The notes beneath the pieces are model-generated. The model ran no database searches, was not told where the DNA came from, and saw nothing but the letters and a program-made list of their open reading frames with translations. The position numbers were made by a program, and so were the translations under genes. Shown in pieces: positions 16,186 to 25,146 of a DNA stretch of 32,000 nucleotides. The stretch is taken from assembly GCA_934660865.1 (NCBI GenBank), contig CAKUIA010000014.1:30001-62000 (forward strand). Direction: 5' to 3'. Every line of letters starts with the position of its first letter. Within the stretch, counting starts at the first letter, position 1. Origin of the DNA: an uncultured Opitutales bacterium (GTDB taxonomy: Bacteria; Verrucomicrobiota; Verrucomicrobiia; Opitutales; Intestinicryptomonadaceae).

Positions 16186-18186
16186 CTAAAATATGCCGTT
16201 AACAAACTTAGAAAATCCCTTTAGGGGAATAAGCTTTATAACAAAACCGCCGTCTTTTGCCATTTTTACGGTAAGTTTGCCGTCTTTGGGTGCGTCTATT
16301 TTGCCGATTTTGGCGTCGGTTGGGGTTTTGTCGGCGTTAATGCTGTCGAGCATGGCTTCTATGGCATAGCTTTTGTTGGGCATAAATTTCGACAAATCCA
16401 GCTGGATTTCCTTTTCTTTGCCCGCGCAAATGCCCGCAATATACCAAACTTCGCCTTTTTTGCGCGCAACAACAACATATTCGCCAAGCTTTGCGCAAAC
16501 GGGTTTAGAGTCGTCCCAAGTGGTGGGAGTAGACGCTATAAACGAGGTAAATTGCGGGTATTTTTCGTATTGGGTTGGGCTGTCGCACAACATTTGCAGG
16601 GGGGCGAAAAAGAGGGTATACAACGCGCCCTGGTGCGCCCTGGTCCCTATCGAGGCTGGTGAATCGAAATTGTGCGTATAATATTGTTCGTTTACGTTGT
16701 TTATGGCCCCTGGGGTGTAGTCGATAGGCCCTTGCAACATTCTTGTCATAACCAAGTCTACATTGTGCGAGGGTGTTGTAGACTGCCTTTTAAATTTGTT
16801 CATTTCAAGCCCCAAAACCGCTTCGAAATTTATTACGTTGGGGAATGTTCTGTTTAAGCCTGCGGGCTTTGCGCAGCCGTGAAAGTCTATAACCATTTTG
16901 TTGTCGGCCGCAATTTGCGCAAGGCGGTAATACAAATCCATTGCGGTTTGGTCGTCGCGGTCGAAAAAGTCTATTTTAAGGCCGTCGGCTCCCCAGCTTT
17001 TCATTAGGGGAATTGCCTTTTCGCCGTACAGGTTCATAGACTGGCCAAGGCACCACAATACAACTTTAACGTTCTTTTTGTGGGCATAGTCTACCAACTT
17101 TTTTACATTCAAAAACGGCTTGCCCGAAATCGCCATTTCGTGCACATCGCCGCCCATTTTGCCCACGTCTTCGCCCACAAGCCAGCCTGCGTCGAACAAT
17201 ATGTATGGAATCTTGTATTTTGCGGCAAAATCTATGTAGCGAATGTATGTCGCCTCGTTTACGCCCGTTTTAAAGTCTACATTTTCAAGGCTCCAGTTGC
17301 TCCACCATTCCCACGAGCACGTTCCAGTTGTTATCCACGAAATATCGCTTAGGCGCGAGGGTTCGGCCAATTTAAACACGGTGTTGTTTACCGAAAAATC
17401 GGCATCGTTTTCGCCTACAATAAATGCGCGCCACGGGAAGCTGCGGGTGGCGTCGGTTTGGGCGGTAAAGTCGTCGAATTCGCCGTGCTTTACCATAAAG
17501 TTCGAAGCCTTTACCAAATTTTTGGGGTGCTTTACAAAGGTGGATTTAAGACCGTCTTTTACCTTAAACCTAAGCATCGGGTACGAATTTACGTCGCTTT
17601 CGACCACCGCAAACGAGGCGTCTTTGGTTTTTACAATTACGGGCAGCAAAAGCTGCTTGTCGTTTTCTGAGCTGTTTATGCGGCTAAGCAGGCGCTCGTA
17701 CGAGCTCATTGTATTGCTTTCGAGCATGCCTATAATTGGAGTTTTTTCGGGAAGGTTTATGTCCAAAGTTTCCGAAAGTACTTTCATCTTTTCCTTGCCC
17801 AATTTCGATACAATGCGGTAGGCAACCGAATCGTTGTAGGCGCGCAATACCAGTGTAAAGTTTCCGAAATCGGCCTCTATTTGGTTGTAGTTGTCGCGCA
17901 ATTTCGAAACTATGCCGAAGGGAACGTCTATTTCGGAATCGCTTGATACGCTTTTAACCGATTTTAATTCGGACTTTTCGCCCAAAGAGCCTTTGTCGGT
18001 GTCCATTGCAATTTTCGCATTCTCGAAAAGCGGTTTGCCTTTGTACAGTAGCGAAAAGCTTATTTCTTTGTCGGATTTAAGAACGGCCTGAAGGCGGCCG
18101 TCGGGCGACTGCACCGAATGGTCGGCGGCAATAACCGCGCCTGCAAACAGTGCAAACAATGCCAATAGTGGTGTTAGTTTTTTCAT
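16186..18186 (-). CDS. Glycoside hydrolase family 97 (alpha-glucosidase/alpha-galactosidase-like), secreted
   Basis: Signal peptide. GH97-like N-terminal beta-sandwich (SPDGRL...FSLLYKGKPLF). Catalytic-barrel segments FDAGW, GLKIDFFDRDDQ and HGCAKPAGLNRTFPN..FEAV.G.E. I chose the ATG at 18186 (MKKLTPLL...). Confidence 0.88.
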   Translation of the reverse strand: MKKLTPLLALFALFAGAVIAADHSVQSPDGRLQAVLKSDKEISFSLLYKGKPLFENAKIAMDTDKGSLGEKSELKSVKSVSSDSEIDVPFGIVSKLRDNYNQIEADFGNFTLVLRAYNDSVAYRIVSKLGKEKMKVLSETLDINLPEKTPIIGMLESNTMSSYERLLSRINSSENDKQLLLPVIVKTKDASFAVVESDVNSYPMLRFKVKDGLKSTFVKHPKNLVKASNFMVKHGEFDDFTAQTDATRSFPWRAFIVGENDADFSVNNTVFKLAEPSRLSDISWITTGTCSWEWWSNWSLENVDFKTGVNEATYIRYIDFAAKYKIPYILFDAGWLVGEDVGKMGGDVHEMAISGKPFLNVKKLVDYAHKKNVKVVLWCLGQSMNLYGEKAIPLMKSWGADGLKIDFFDRDDQTAMDLYYRLAQIAADNKMVIDFHGCAKPAGLNRTFPNVINFEAVLGLEMNKFKRQSTTPSHNVDLVMTRMLQGPIDYTPGAINNVNEQYYTHNFDSPASIGTRAHQGALYTLFFAPLQMLCDSPTQYEKYPQFTSFIASTPTTWDDSKPVCAKLGEYVVVARKKGEVWYIAGICAGKEKEIQLDLSKFMPNKSYAIEAMLDSINADKTPTDAKIGKIDAPKDGKLTVKMAKDGGFVIKLIPLKGFSKFVNGIF

Positions 18187-18212
18187 ATATTTATGTTTTT
18201 TTAGTTTAAATT

Positions 18213-19136
18213 CTATTTGTTGCGGGGAAAATTCATTCTGTCGAGCCAGTCTACGCAAAGCTGAAGCCTTATGGGATCGGGCCCTTTGCGGAAGTTCATT
18301 CCGCCGCCGTGGCCGCCTTTGGGTTTGACGTGCAGCTCGGCTTCAACGCCTGCGTCTCTTGCCGCCAAAAAATACGCGATTGCCGAAGTTATGTGCGAAT
18401 CGTCCAGCATTTCGTAGATGAATACGGGCGGGGTGCTTTTTGTAATTTTAAGGTTTTCGGCCAAAGCGTAGCGCAAATTGTAGTCTTTATGGCTGGGCTT
18501 GATATTTTTCCAGCGCAGCTCGTTTGTGGGCTGGTCGCAGTAGGCGGGGTATATCAAAATTGTGGCGTCTTGCACGGGGCTTAAATCGTCTATTTCGTCT
18601 ACCTTTTGGTAGCTATTCATGGTTATTGGCGCGCTTGAGCGGGCAACCAAATTTGCGCCCGCGCTAAAGCCTATGGCCACAATTTTGTCTATATTCCACT
18701 CTTTTGCGTTATGGCGTGCAAGCCTTACAATTCTTTGCATATCCTGCAAAGCCCCGTGCGGGTTGTCGGGGGCGCGGTAGTCTAGCGTAAGCGTGCTATA
18801 GCCTTGTTCGTAAAAGGCGTTTGCCGTCATTGTTCCCTCTTCGCAGACAATGCCGCAGCCTCGGTATGCGCCGCCGTGAACTACAATAACAAGTGTAGAT
18901 GGCTTTCCCGATTTTTGCAATTTAAGCGAATAGTGGGGCTTGTTTATAACGTTTTTGCGCTGGTTAAGCTTTTGTGCGGCCTCCAACGCCTCCTGCGAAT
19001 TGGCGGGCATTTTGCCTTCGGGCCAAACGAGTTGCGGGTTGTATTTTTTGTTTAATGTGTCGAAATTTTCGGCAAGCTTTGCGCTTGCAAATGCGGCAAA
19101 GGCAAAAGAAAGGGCTAAAAGGGCTATTTTTTTCAT
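18213..19136 (-). CDS. Secreted alpha/beta-hydrolase esterase (carbohydrate esterase-like)
   Basis: Signal peptide, oxyanion-type motif VVHGGAY, nucleophile elbow GFSAGAN, and a C-terminal His context (GGHGG). It lies 26 nt upstream of the GH97 gene. Confidence 0.8.
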   Translation of the reverse strand: MKKIALLALSFAFAAFASAKLAENFDTLNKKYNPQLVWPEGKMPANSQEALEAAQKLNQRKNVINKPHYSLKLQKSGKPSTLVIVVHGGAYRGCGIVCEEGTMTANAFYEQGYSTLTLDYRAPDNPHGALQDMQRIVRLARHNAKEWNIDKIVAIGFSAGANLVARSSAPITMNSYQKVDEIDDLSPVQDATILIYPAYCDQPTNELRWKNIKPSHKDYNLRYALAENLKITKSTPPVFIYEMLDDSHITSAIAYFLAARDAGVEAELHVKPKGGHGGGMNFRKGPDPIRLQLCVDWLDRMNFPRNK

Positions 19137-19302
19137 AAAAATTCGGTCTATAAAATTGTCCTGTAAATTTTATTGCAAGCTTTGCTATTACAAATTGCCG
19201 GATTTGCCAAGAATATTTATTTGAACCGTTTTTTTACAAAAGCTTAGACCTTCTTTTTGAATTGACTTAAAAGCGGGTGTTTTAGTACATATATTACAAT
19301 AA

Positions 19303-20259
19303 ATGAGCGACGGCAAAACTATCCCTATATATATGTGCTGCGACGACAACTACGCGGCGCAGTTAAGCGTTGTTTTGGCGTCTGTTTGCTACAATACAAA
19401 GGCAAACTTGCATTTTATTATACTAAGCGCCGCGCTTTCGGATTTATCCAAACAAAAAATTGCCGATTCCGCAAAGAGCGCAAGGGTAGACTTTGTTTCA
19501 ATTAAGCCCTATGCCGACGCCGTAAAAGACGTTAACGTTAAATTAAAACACCTTTCCATTGCGGCCTGCTACAGATACTTTATACCCCAGTTAGACTACG
19601 ACTACGAAAAGGGCATTTATTTGGATTGCGACACCGTTGTTTTGGGCGACATCGAAAAGCTGTTCGACATAGACTTAAAAGACGCCCCGCTGGCTGCGGT
19701 AGAAGATACGGTTTCGGAAAAGCACTATAAAAAGTGGGGGCTTAAAAGATATTTCAATTCGGGCGTTTTGCTTTTGAACATAAAAAAGCTAAGGGAGGAA
19801 ACTTCGCCTTTAAAGCTTGTGCAAAAAACTTTGGAGTTGGGCGATTCGCTTAAATATGTAGACCAAGACGTGCTTAATATTTTGTATGCAAACACGGCCC
19901 TGTTTTTGCCGCCAAAATATGGCGCAATTTCGCCCCTGTTCAGGAAAACCGTTTCGCTTAAAAGCGCAAGCTTTGCCGACATAAACGAAGCCGTATACAC
20001 CCCCGTTATAGTGCATTTTACGGGGCCGGACAAGCCGTGGAAAATTCCCCGCGGGCTAACCGCGCACCCGTGGGCTTGCGCCTATTTTTACTATTTGGGC
20101 AAAACTCGATTTGCCGATACAAAAGCCGAAATATTGCGCAACTTTAACGGCGTAAAAAACTTTGTTTGGTATTTTAAACGCCATTTTTTGTTTTTTGCGC
20201 GCCCGTACTACCTAAAAATGCGAAGGCTGTACAACCAAAATAAGGGGAAGTTTTTGTAA
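19303..20259 (+). CDS. Glycosyltransferase family 8 (LPS/LOS-type retaining glycosyltransferase)
   Basis: GT8 signatures are present: CDDNYA, YRYFIPQ, YLDCDTVV (DxD), FNSGVLLLN and VHFTGPDKPW. Confidence 0.85.
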   Translation: MSDGKTIPIYMCCDDNYAAQLSVVLASVCYNTKANLHFIILSAALSDLSKQKIADSAKSARVDFVSIKPYADAVKDVNVKLKHLSIAACYRYFIPQLDYDYEKGIYLDCDTVVLGDIEKLFDIDLKDAPLAAVEDTVSEKHYKKWGLKRYFNSGVLLLNIKKLREETSPLKLVQKTLELGDSLKYVDQDVLNILYANTALFLPPKYGAISPLFRKTVSLKSASFADINEAVYTPVIVHFTGPDKPWKIPRGLTAHPWACAYFYYLGKTRFADTKAEILRNFNGVKNFVWYFKRHFLFFARPYYLKMRRLYNQNKGKFL

Positions 20260-20260
20260 A

Positions 20261-21211
20261 GTGCGCGGCTTTTTAGACATAGCGTTGGCACCCGACGACA
20301 ACTACGCAAAATATGCAAAGGTTGTAATGCAAAGCGCAATGGACGCCTGCAAAACGCCATTGCGTTTTTGGATTTTAGACGGCGGCTTGTCGGACAACTG
20401 CAAACAAATGCTAAAAAGCGTTTCCGACAATGTGGAGATTGTAAAAATAAACAAAGATATGTTTTGCGGCTTTCCGTCGAACGGCTACATAACGGTTTCC
20501 ACCTGGTACAGGTTTGCAATAGCCGAGCTTTTGCCCGATAGCGTAAAAAGGGTTTTGTATTTGGATTGCGACATTGCCGTAGCCGACGATATTTCGGAAT
20601 TGGCCGACATAAATTTGGACAATTACGCGGTGGCGGCCGTAAAAGACTGTATATACAAAAAATTCGACAAAAGAATAGGGCTTTGCCAAAACTACCACTA
20701 CTTTAACGCGGGGGTTTTGCTTATAAACCTAAATTACTGGCGGCAAAAAAACGTATGCAAAAGGCTTTTCGATTTTCTGGCAAAATCGCCCGAAAACCTG
20801 CGCTTGTTCGACCAGTCGGTTTTGAATTTGGTTTTAAAAGACGAATATTTGGAGCTTGATTTGCGCTACAACGTGCAGTATGTGCCGCCTTTTTTGGAGG
20901 AGTCGTGCTACGAAAGGGGCGAATTTTGCGCCGCGTTTGCAAGGCCCAAAATAATACATTTTGTAAACCGCTTTAAGCCGTGGAATGCTAATTTCGGCTG
21001 GCTAAATCCCCTAAATGCCTACTTTGCAAGATATTTAAAATGTTCGTACACAAGGCGCAAGTTTGCGGTGTTTTTGCGCCTGTTTGCAAAAAGATTTGTC
21101 CGCAAACCCGTAATTTTGTTTAGATGTTATTATTGGAACAATGTTGCTTTGCATTTCGCGGCAAAAGCGTTTGCGGCAAAAAAAGGTAAATCCCACAAAG
21201 CAGGAACTTAA
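20261..21211 (+). CDS. Glycosyltransferase family 8, tandem paralogue
   Basis: The same GT8 motif set: PDDNYA, YRFAIAE, YLDCDIAV, FNAGVLLIN and IHFVNRFKPW. GTG start, 1 nt after the upstream stop. Confidence 0.8.
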   Translation: MRGFLDIALAPDDNYAKYAKVVMQSAMDACKTPLRFWILDGGLSDNCKQMLKSVSDNVEIVKINKDMFCGFPSNGYITVSTWYRFAIAELLPDSVKRVLYLDCDIAVADDISELADINLDNYAVAAVKDCIYKKFDKRIGLCQNYHYFNAGVLLINLNYWRQKNVCKRLFDFLAKSPENLRLFDQSVLNLVLKDEYLELDLRYNVQYVPPFLEESCYERGEFCAAFARPKIIHFVNRFKPWNANFGWLNPLNAYFARYLKCSYTRRKFAVFLRLFAKRFVRKPVILFRCYYWNNVALHFAAKAFAAKKGKSHKAGT

Positions 21212-21214
21212 TAT

Positions 21215-22141
21215 ATGAAACTTGATTTTCTAAGAAAAATATTCTCGTATAAGGTTGTAGACGAGCACATAAAATTGTGCGTGTTGGGCGTGCATGCAAA
21301 TATCAGGCAAAAGGTTAAAATACAAACGCCCAAAATCACCCAAAGCGGCGTAAGCGGTTTGCAAAAAACAAAAGGACGCATAATATGCTCGCTAACCAGC
21401 ATTCCCCAAAGGATAGACATGGTAGATATTGTCGTTGCGCGCCTGCTTAACCAAACCCTTAAGCCTGATATGGTTGTTTTGTATTTGGCAAGCGACGAAT
21501 TCCCCGAAGGCGAAAAATCTTTGCCCGAAAAGCTGCTGGCTTTAAAACGGTTCGGCCTTACCGTTAAATTCTGCAAAAACTATAAGTCGTACAAAAAGCT
21601 TATTCCCGCTTTAATGGAATTTCCCGACGACTATATAATAACTTTCGACGACGACATTTTGTACGACTTTGACGCGGTTGAAAATTTGTGGAAAAGCTCG
21701 CAGGCAAACCCCAACTGCGTGTGCTGCTACCGCACCGGGCGCATAAAGCTTGTAAACGGCGCAATTTCGCCCATATCGAACAACGTTTTGATTTGGAACC
21801 ACCCGAACGACGCAACCTATAAAAACGTTATAATGAGCGGAACGGGAACGCTGTTTCCGCCGCACAGCCTTTATAAAGACATCTTAAACGAAGATATTTT
21901 TATGAAGCTTATGGCTTCGAACGACGAGATTTTCTTTTGGGCAATGGCCGTTTTAAACGGAACGAAAATTGTAAATACAAAGGGCTTTAACTATAAGTGC
22001 ATACTTATAAGGCAGCAGCAAAAAGTGGCGCTAAGCCAAATAAACGTTGCGGGCAGCTCGAAGGGCATAGACGGCAAGTCGGCATTGCTGCTTATGGCGA
22101 AAACGTATCCCAAAATTATGGAAATTTTGGAAAACGAATAG
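21215..22141 (+). CDS. Putative glycosyltransferase (family not determined)
   Basis: SLTSIPQRI...LLNQT followed by ITFDDDILYD (DxD-like). It lies in an operon with the two GT8 genes. The assignment rests on motif and context only. Confidence 0.6.
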   Translation: MKLDFLRKIFSYKVVDEHIKLCVLGVHANIRQKVKIQTPKITQSGVSGLQKTKGRIICSLTSIPQRIDMVDIVVARLLNQTLKPDMVVLYLASDEFPEGEKSLPEKLLALKRFGLTVKFCKNYKSYKKLIPALMEFPDDYIITFDDDILYDFDAVENLWKSSQANPNCVCCYRTGRIKLVNGAISPISNNVLIWNHPNDATYKNVIMSGTGTLFPPHSLYKDILNEDIFMKLMASNDEIFFWAMAVLNGTKIVNTKGFNYKCILIRQQQKVALSQINVAGSSKGIDGKSALLLMAKTYPKIMEILENE

Positions 22142-22153
22142 AAATTTTTTCAC

Positions 22154-22197
22154 AAAAAACGGCGCAAACATTAAACTTTGCGCCGTTTTTTTGTTTT
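22154..22197. terminator. Bidirectional Rho-independent terminator between convergent operons
   Basis: Perfect 11-bp stem AACGGCGCAAA (22158-22168) / TTTGCGCCGTT (22177-22187). An A-run lies upstream and a T-run downstream. Confidence 0.8.
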
Positions 22198-22214
22198 AAG
22201 ATGTTTTTAACCGT

Positions 22215-22523
22215 TTACGCTGCAGGTTGCGCCTTGGGGGCTGCGCTGCGCGATTTTTTCGCCTTTGCCTTGGGCTTTTCGTCTTGGGCCTGTTCCTTTG
22301 CGGCAAGCTCCCTTTCGGCGATAAGGTCTTCAATCTTTTCCTTCATCGAGGCAAGTTCTTCAATCGACATAGAGTCGAGAGCCTTGTTTTCGTTTACGGG
22401 AATGTCCATACCGTGCGAACGCAAAATATCGTCTATCTTATTTTGGTTCTTCTTGTATAGATAGAAGCCCGTTGCGGCCAAACCTACGCCCAAAGCGGCG
22501 CCCAATATATAATCTCTTGTCAT
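22215..22523 (-). CDS. YtxH-like small membrane-anchored coiled-coil protein (last gene of the ATPase operon)
   Basis: The N-terminal glycine-zipper helix is ILGAALGVGLAATGFYLY. An acidic helical segment follows, then a Lys/Ala/Pro-rich basic tail. It starts 25 nt downstream of the ATPase stop and is followed by the terminator. Confidence 0.65.
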   Translation of the reverse strand: MTRDYILGAALGVGLAATGFYLYKKNQNKIDDILRSHGMDIPVNENKALDSMSIEELASMKEKIEDLIAERELAAKEQAQDEKPKAKAKKSRSAAPKAQPAA

Positions 22524-22548
22524 AATAGTTTTCCTTTCGTGAAAAAAT

Positions 22549-24777
22549 TTATTTTAGAGTAGGTGCTTTCTCCATATCATAAAAGAGTATTCGCAGAGAA
22601 TTTGCAACAACTAAAATTGTGGACGAATTGTGCATTACGGCCCCGAATATTACCGGTATTGTGCCCAAAGCCCCCAACGCCAGGCCGAGAGTGTTTATGC
22701 CCACCGAGGCGTACAGGTTTTGGCGCACAATGTCCATTGTGTATTTCGAAAGGCCGTATATGCCCGGCAGCATAAGCGCGTTGTCGCCGGCAATGGTTAT
22801 GTCGGCGGCCTCCATTGCCGCGTCGGTGCGGGTTTTGCCAAGTGCTATGCCGACATCGGCGTAGGCAAGGGCGGGGGCGTCGTTAATTCCGTCGCCAACC
22901 ATAACAACCTTGTTGCCGCGCGACTGCATTCTGAGAACCACCTTTGCCTTGTCTTCGGGCAAAAGCTCGTATTCGTAGCTGTCTACGCCGAGCCTGCGGG
23001 CAACTACGTCGGCTTGCTGCTCCAAGTCGCCCGTAAGAAGAACAATGTCGTCTACGCCGACGGTGCGCAGGCGGTTTAGCGCCTTTTTCATATTCTCGCG
23101 CAAGGGGTCTCTTATGCCTATCAAGCCCGCAATTTCGTTGCCTTTCGAAACATAGACAACGTTTTCGCCCTTCGCAAAAAGCGCCGAGGCCTGGTCGCGC
23201 ATGGGGTGGGTGTGTATGCCGCATTCGTTTAAAAAGCGCTTGTTGCCCACGCGTATTATTGCTCCGTTTGCGGTTGTGTATACGCCGCGGCCGACAACGG
23301 TTTCTATGTCGCCGTGGCGCGGAATTGCGATAATGTCGCGCCGGGCCTTTGCAAGAATTGCCGAAGCCATCGGGTGCTTTGACGTTTCTTCGGCGGCGGC
23401 CGCAAACGAAACAACTTCGTTTTGCGAGAATTTGCCCGAAAGGGGAACAACGCTTTCAACCTGCGGTTTGCCCTCGGTAAGCGTTCCGGTTTTGTCCAAA
23501 ATCAAGGTATCGGCATGGCTCATGGCCTCTATTACGCCGCTTCCCTTTATAAGCACGCCCTGGCGCGCCGCGGTGTTTATAGCCGCCGAAAGGGCGGCCG
23601 CCGTGGAAAGCTTTATGCCGCAAGAATAGTCTATTATAAGCATATTAAGCGCCCTGTTTACATCGCGCGTTATGGCATATACCAGGCCCGAAAGGAATAT
23701 GTTTAGCGGAACTAGCGCCGACGAAAACTTGTCGGCATAGTTTTGCACAAGGGCTTTTTTGCCGCCTGCGTCTTCTACCATCTTTATTATTTTCGAAACC
23801 GTAGTGTCGGCCCCTGCAGATTCAGCTATGCAGGTAATTGTGCCGTCTACAACAAGCGTTCCCGCAAAAACTTTGCCGCCTTTTTCGCGCGAAACGGGTT
23901 CGAATTCGCCCGTAATCGAGGCCTGGTTTATAACGGCGCGCCCCGAAAGAACAACGCCGTCGGCGCAAATCTTTTCGCCCGAATGGACTACTATTATGTC
24001 GCCTTTTTTAAGCTCTTTTGCCGAAATTTTTTGCAGCGGGTTGCCTATTTTGTTGTTGTAGGGGTGCCAAACGGTTTCGTTTTCGACCGAAAGCATATCC
24101 CTTATGGCGTTTCGCGTGCGGTTCATTGTGTAAACCGTCATGGATTCGGCAAAATCGTGCAAAAACAAAACCGTCAACGCCGAAGCCGCCTTGCCCGACA
24201 ATACGCTTGAAAGCACCGCCAACGCGCTTAGCGTGTCGGCATTGGGCAGCATGGAGCGCTTAAAGGCCTTTAAGCCGCTTTTAAACAAAGGCAGCGCCAG
24301 CGACATTGCTCCTATGCCGGGGAACCCGAAAAGCCTGCCCCTTAAAGTTGCGGGCACGGGCGACTTTAAAAGCCATACTCCCAAAAGCATTGCAGCCGAA
24401 ACCGCGCTGCGCGTTATCAGCGTAGAAAGCGGTTCTTCGTGCAGGTCTCGCTCCTGAACAAGGAGCTTGTTTTGCTCTTCGCGCTCCCTTTGCAAAATGC
24501 CGAGCGAGTGCGCCGCAACGATTTCCTCTACCGACACCAAAAGGCGTTTCGAGTCGTTTTTGGATTCGTCGTATACAATGACAAGCGATTTTGCATAGGG
24601 GTTTATCCTTGCCGAAATTACGCCCTCTAAAAGCTTGAAGTGGCCCGCCAAATGCTCTTTGTCTTCGCCGGTTCCCACATATTTAAACGCGTTGCAGGTT
24701 ATCCTTACACGCCCCGAAATTTCGTGCGCAATAGAGCACTTTAAAAGGGGTTTTTTGTTTTTCGAGAAAAACGACAT
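22549..24777 (-). CDS. Atypical P1B-type (heavy-metal) P-type ATPase with a Cys-less HMA-like N-terminal domain; candidate FezB-like
   Basis: Standard motifs are DKTGTLT, the actuator ITGE, the P1B nucleotide-domain SKHP, and GDGINDAPAL. About 8 TM helices. The transmembrane metal site reads IDYSCGIKL (Ser-Cys-Gly, nt 23617-23625) instead of CPC. The last TM reads MHNSST. The N-terminus has HEISGRVRI and no CxxC. Confidence 0.92.
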   Translation of the reverse strand: MSFFSKNKKPLLKCSIAHEISGRVRITCNAFKYVGTGEDKEHLAGHFKLLEGVISARINPYAKSLVIVYDESKNDSKRLLVSVEEIVAAHSLGILQREREEQNKLLVQERDLHEEPLSTLITRSAVSAAMLLGVWLLKSPVPATLRGRLFGFPGIGAMSLALPLFKSGLKAFKRSMLPNADTLSALAVLSSVLSGKAASALTVLFLHDFAESMTVYTMNRTRNAIRDMLSVENETVWHPYNNKIGNPLQKISAKELKKGDIIVVHSGEKICADGVVLSGRAVINQASITGEFEPVSREKGGKVFAGTLVVDGTITCIAESAGADTTVSKIIKMVEDAGGKKALVQNYADKFSSALVPLNIFLSGLVYAITRDVNRALNMLIIDYSCGIKLSTAAALSAAINTAARQGVLIKGSGVIEAMSHADTLILDKTGTLTEGKPQVESVVPLSGKFSQNEVVSFAAAAEETSKHPMASAILAKARRDIIAIPRHGDIETVVGRGVYTTANGAIIRVGNKRFLNECGIHTHPMRDQASALFAKGENVVYVSKGNEIAGLIGIRDPLRENMKKALNRLRTVGVDDIVLLTGDLEQQADVVARRLGVDSYEYELLPEDKAKVVLRMQSRGNKVVMVGDGINDAPALAYADVGIALGKTRTDAAMEAADITIAGDNALMLPGIYGLSKYTMDIVRQNLYASVGINTLGLALGALGTIPVIFGAVMHNSSTILVVANSLRILFYDMEKAPTLK

Positions 24778-24780
24778 TTT

Positions 24781-25146
24781 TTAGCCTAATTTTGAAAGTT
24801 TTTCGCAAATATCGGCAACAAGCCTGCGCTCGTCGTCGGCGGTTTGGGTTGTCTTTAAAGCGTCTAAAACCGTTTGCCAGGCGGTGTCTATCCAGCCGGT
24901 TATTTCGCTTTCGGTTATGTTTTTCGGAACATACTCTATCAGAACATTGCCCGTATACTGGTTTAGCGAAACGCCGCTTATTCCCTTTTTAGACTTTAGC
25001 ACGCCGATTAGCGCGTCGGCATATTCGGCTACATATTCGGGGTTGTTTTTAAGCCCCCAAATATTTATCCTTAGCCTGCCAGGCATACTGTGTACGATTT
25101 TGGGCTTGCCAAGAAGTTTTACGAAAGTTTTTTGTATGGAGTTCAT
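24781..25146 (-). CDS. Small soluble protein with a Cys-less HMA-like (H-x-x-P-G-R-x-R) domain
   Basis: IVHSMPGRLRINIWGL...GISGVSLNQYTGNVLIEY is paralogous to the ATPase N-terminus and to the upstream gene. The ATG at 25146 overlaps the upstream stop as ATGA. An alternative ATG at 25179 would overlap the upstream gene by 37 nt. The stop lies 3 nt from the ATPase start. Confidence 0.7.
   Translation of the reverse strand: MNSIQKTFVKLLGKPKIVHSMPGRLRINIWGLKNNPEYVAEYADALIGVLKSKKGISGVSLNQYTGNVLIEYVPKNITESEITGWIDTAWQTVLDALKTTQTADDERRLVADICEKLSKLG

Noticed and set aside
21997-22464. 155-aa plus-strand ORF spanning the end of the third glycosyltransferase gene, the terminator and the YtxH-like gene.
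   Set aside because: It runs straight through a strong bidirectional terminator and overlaps two better-supported genes. Its sequence is compositionally odd.
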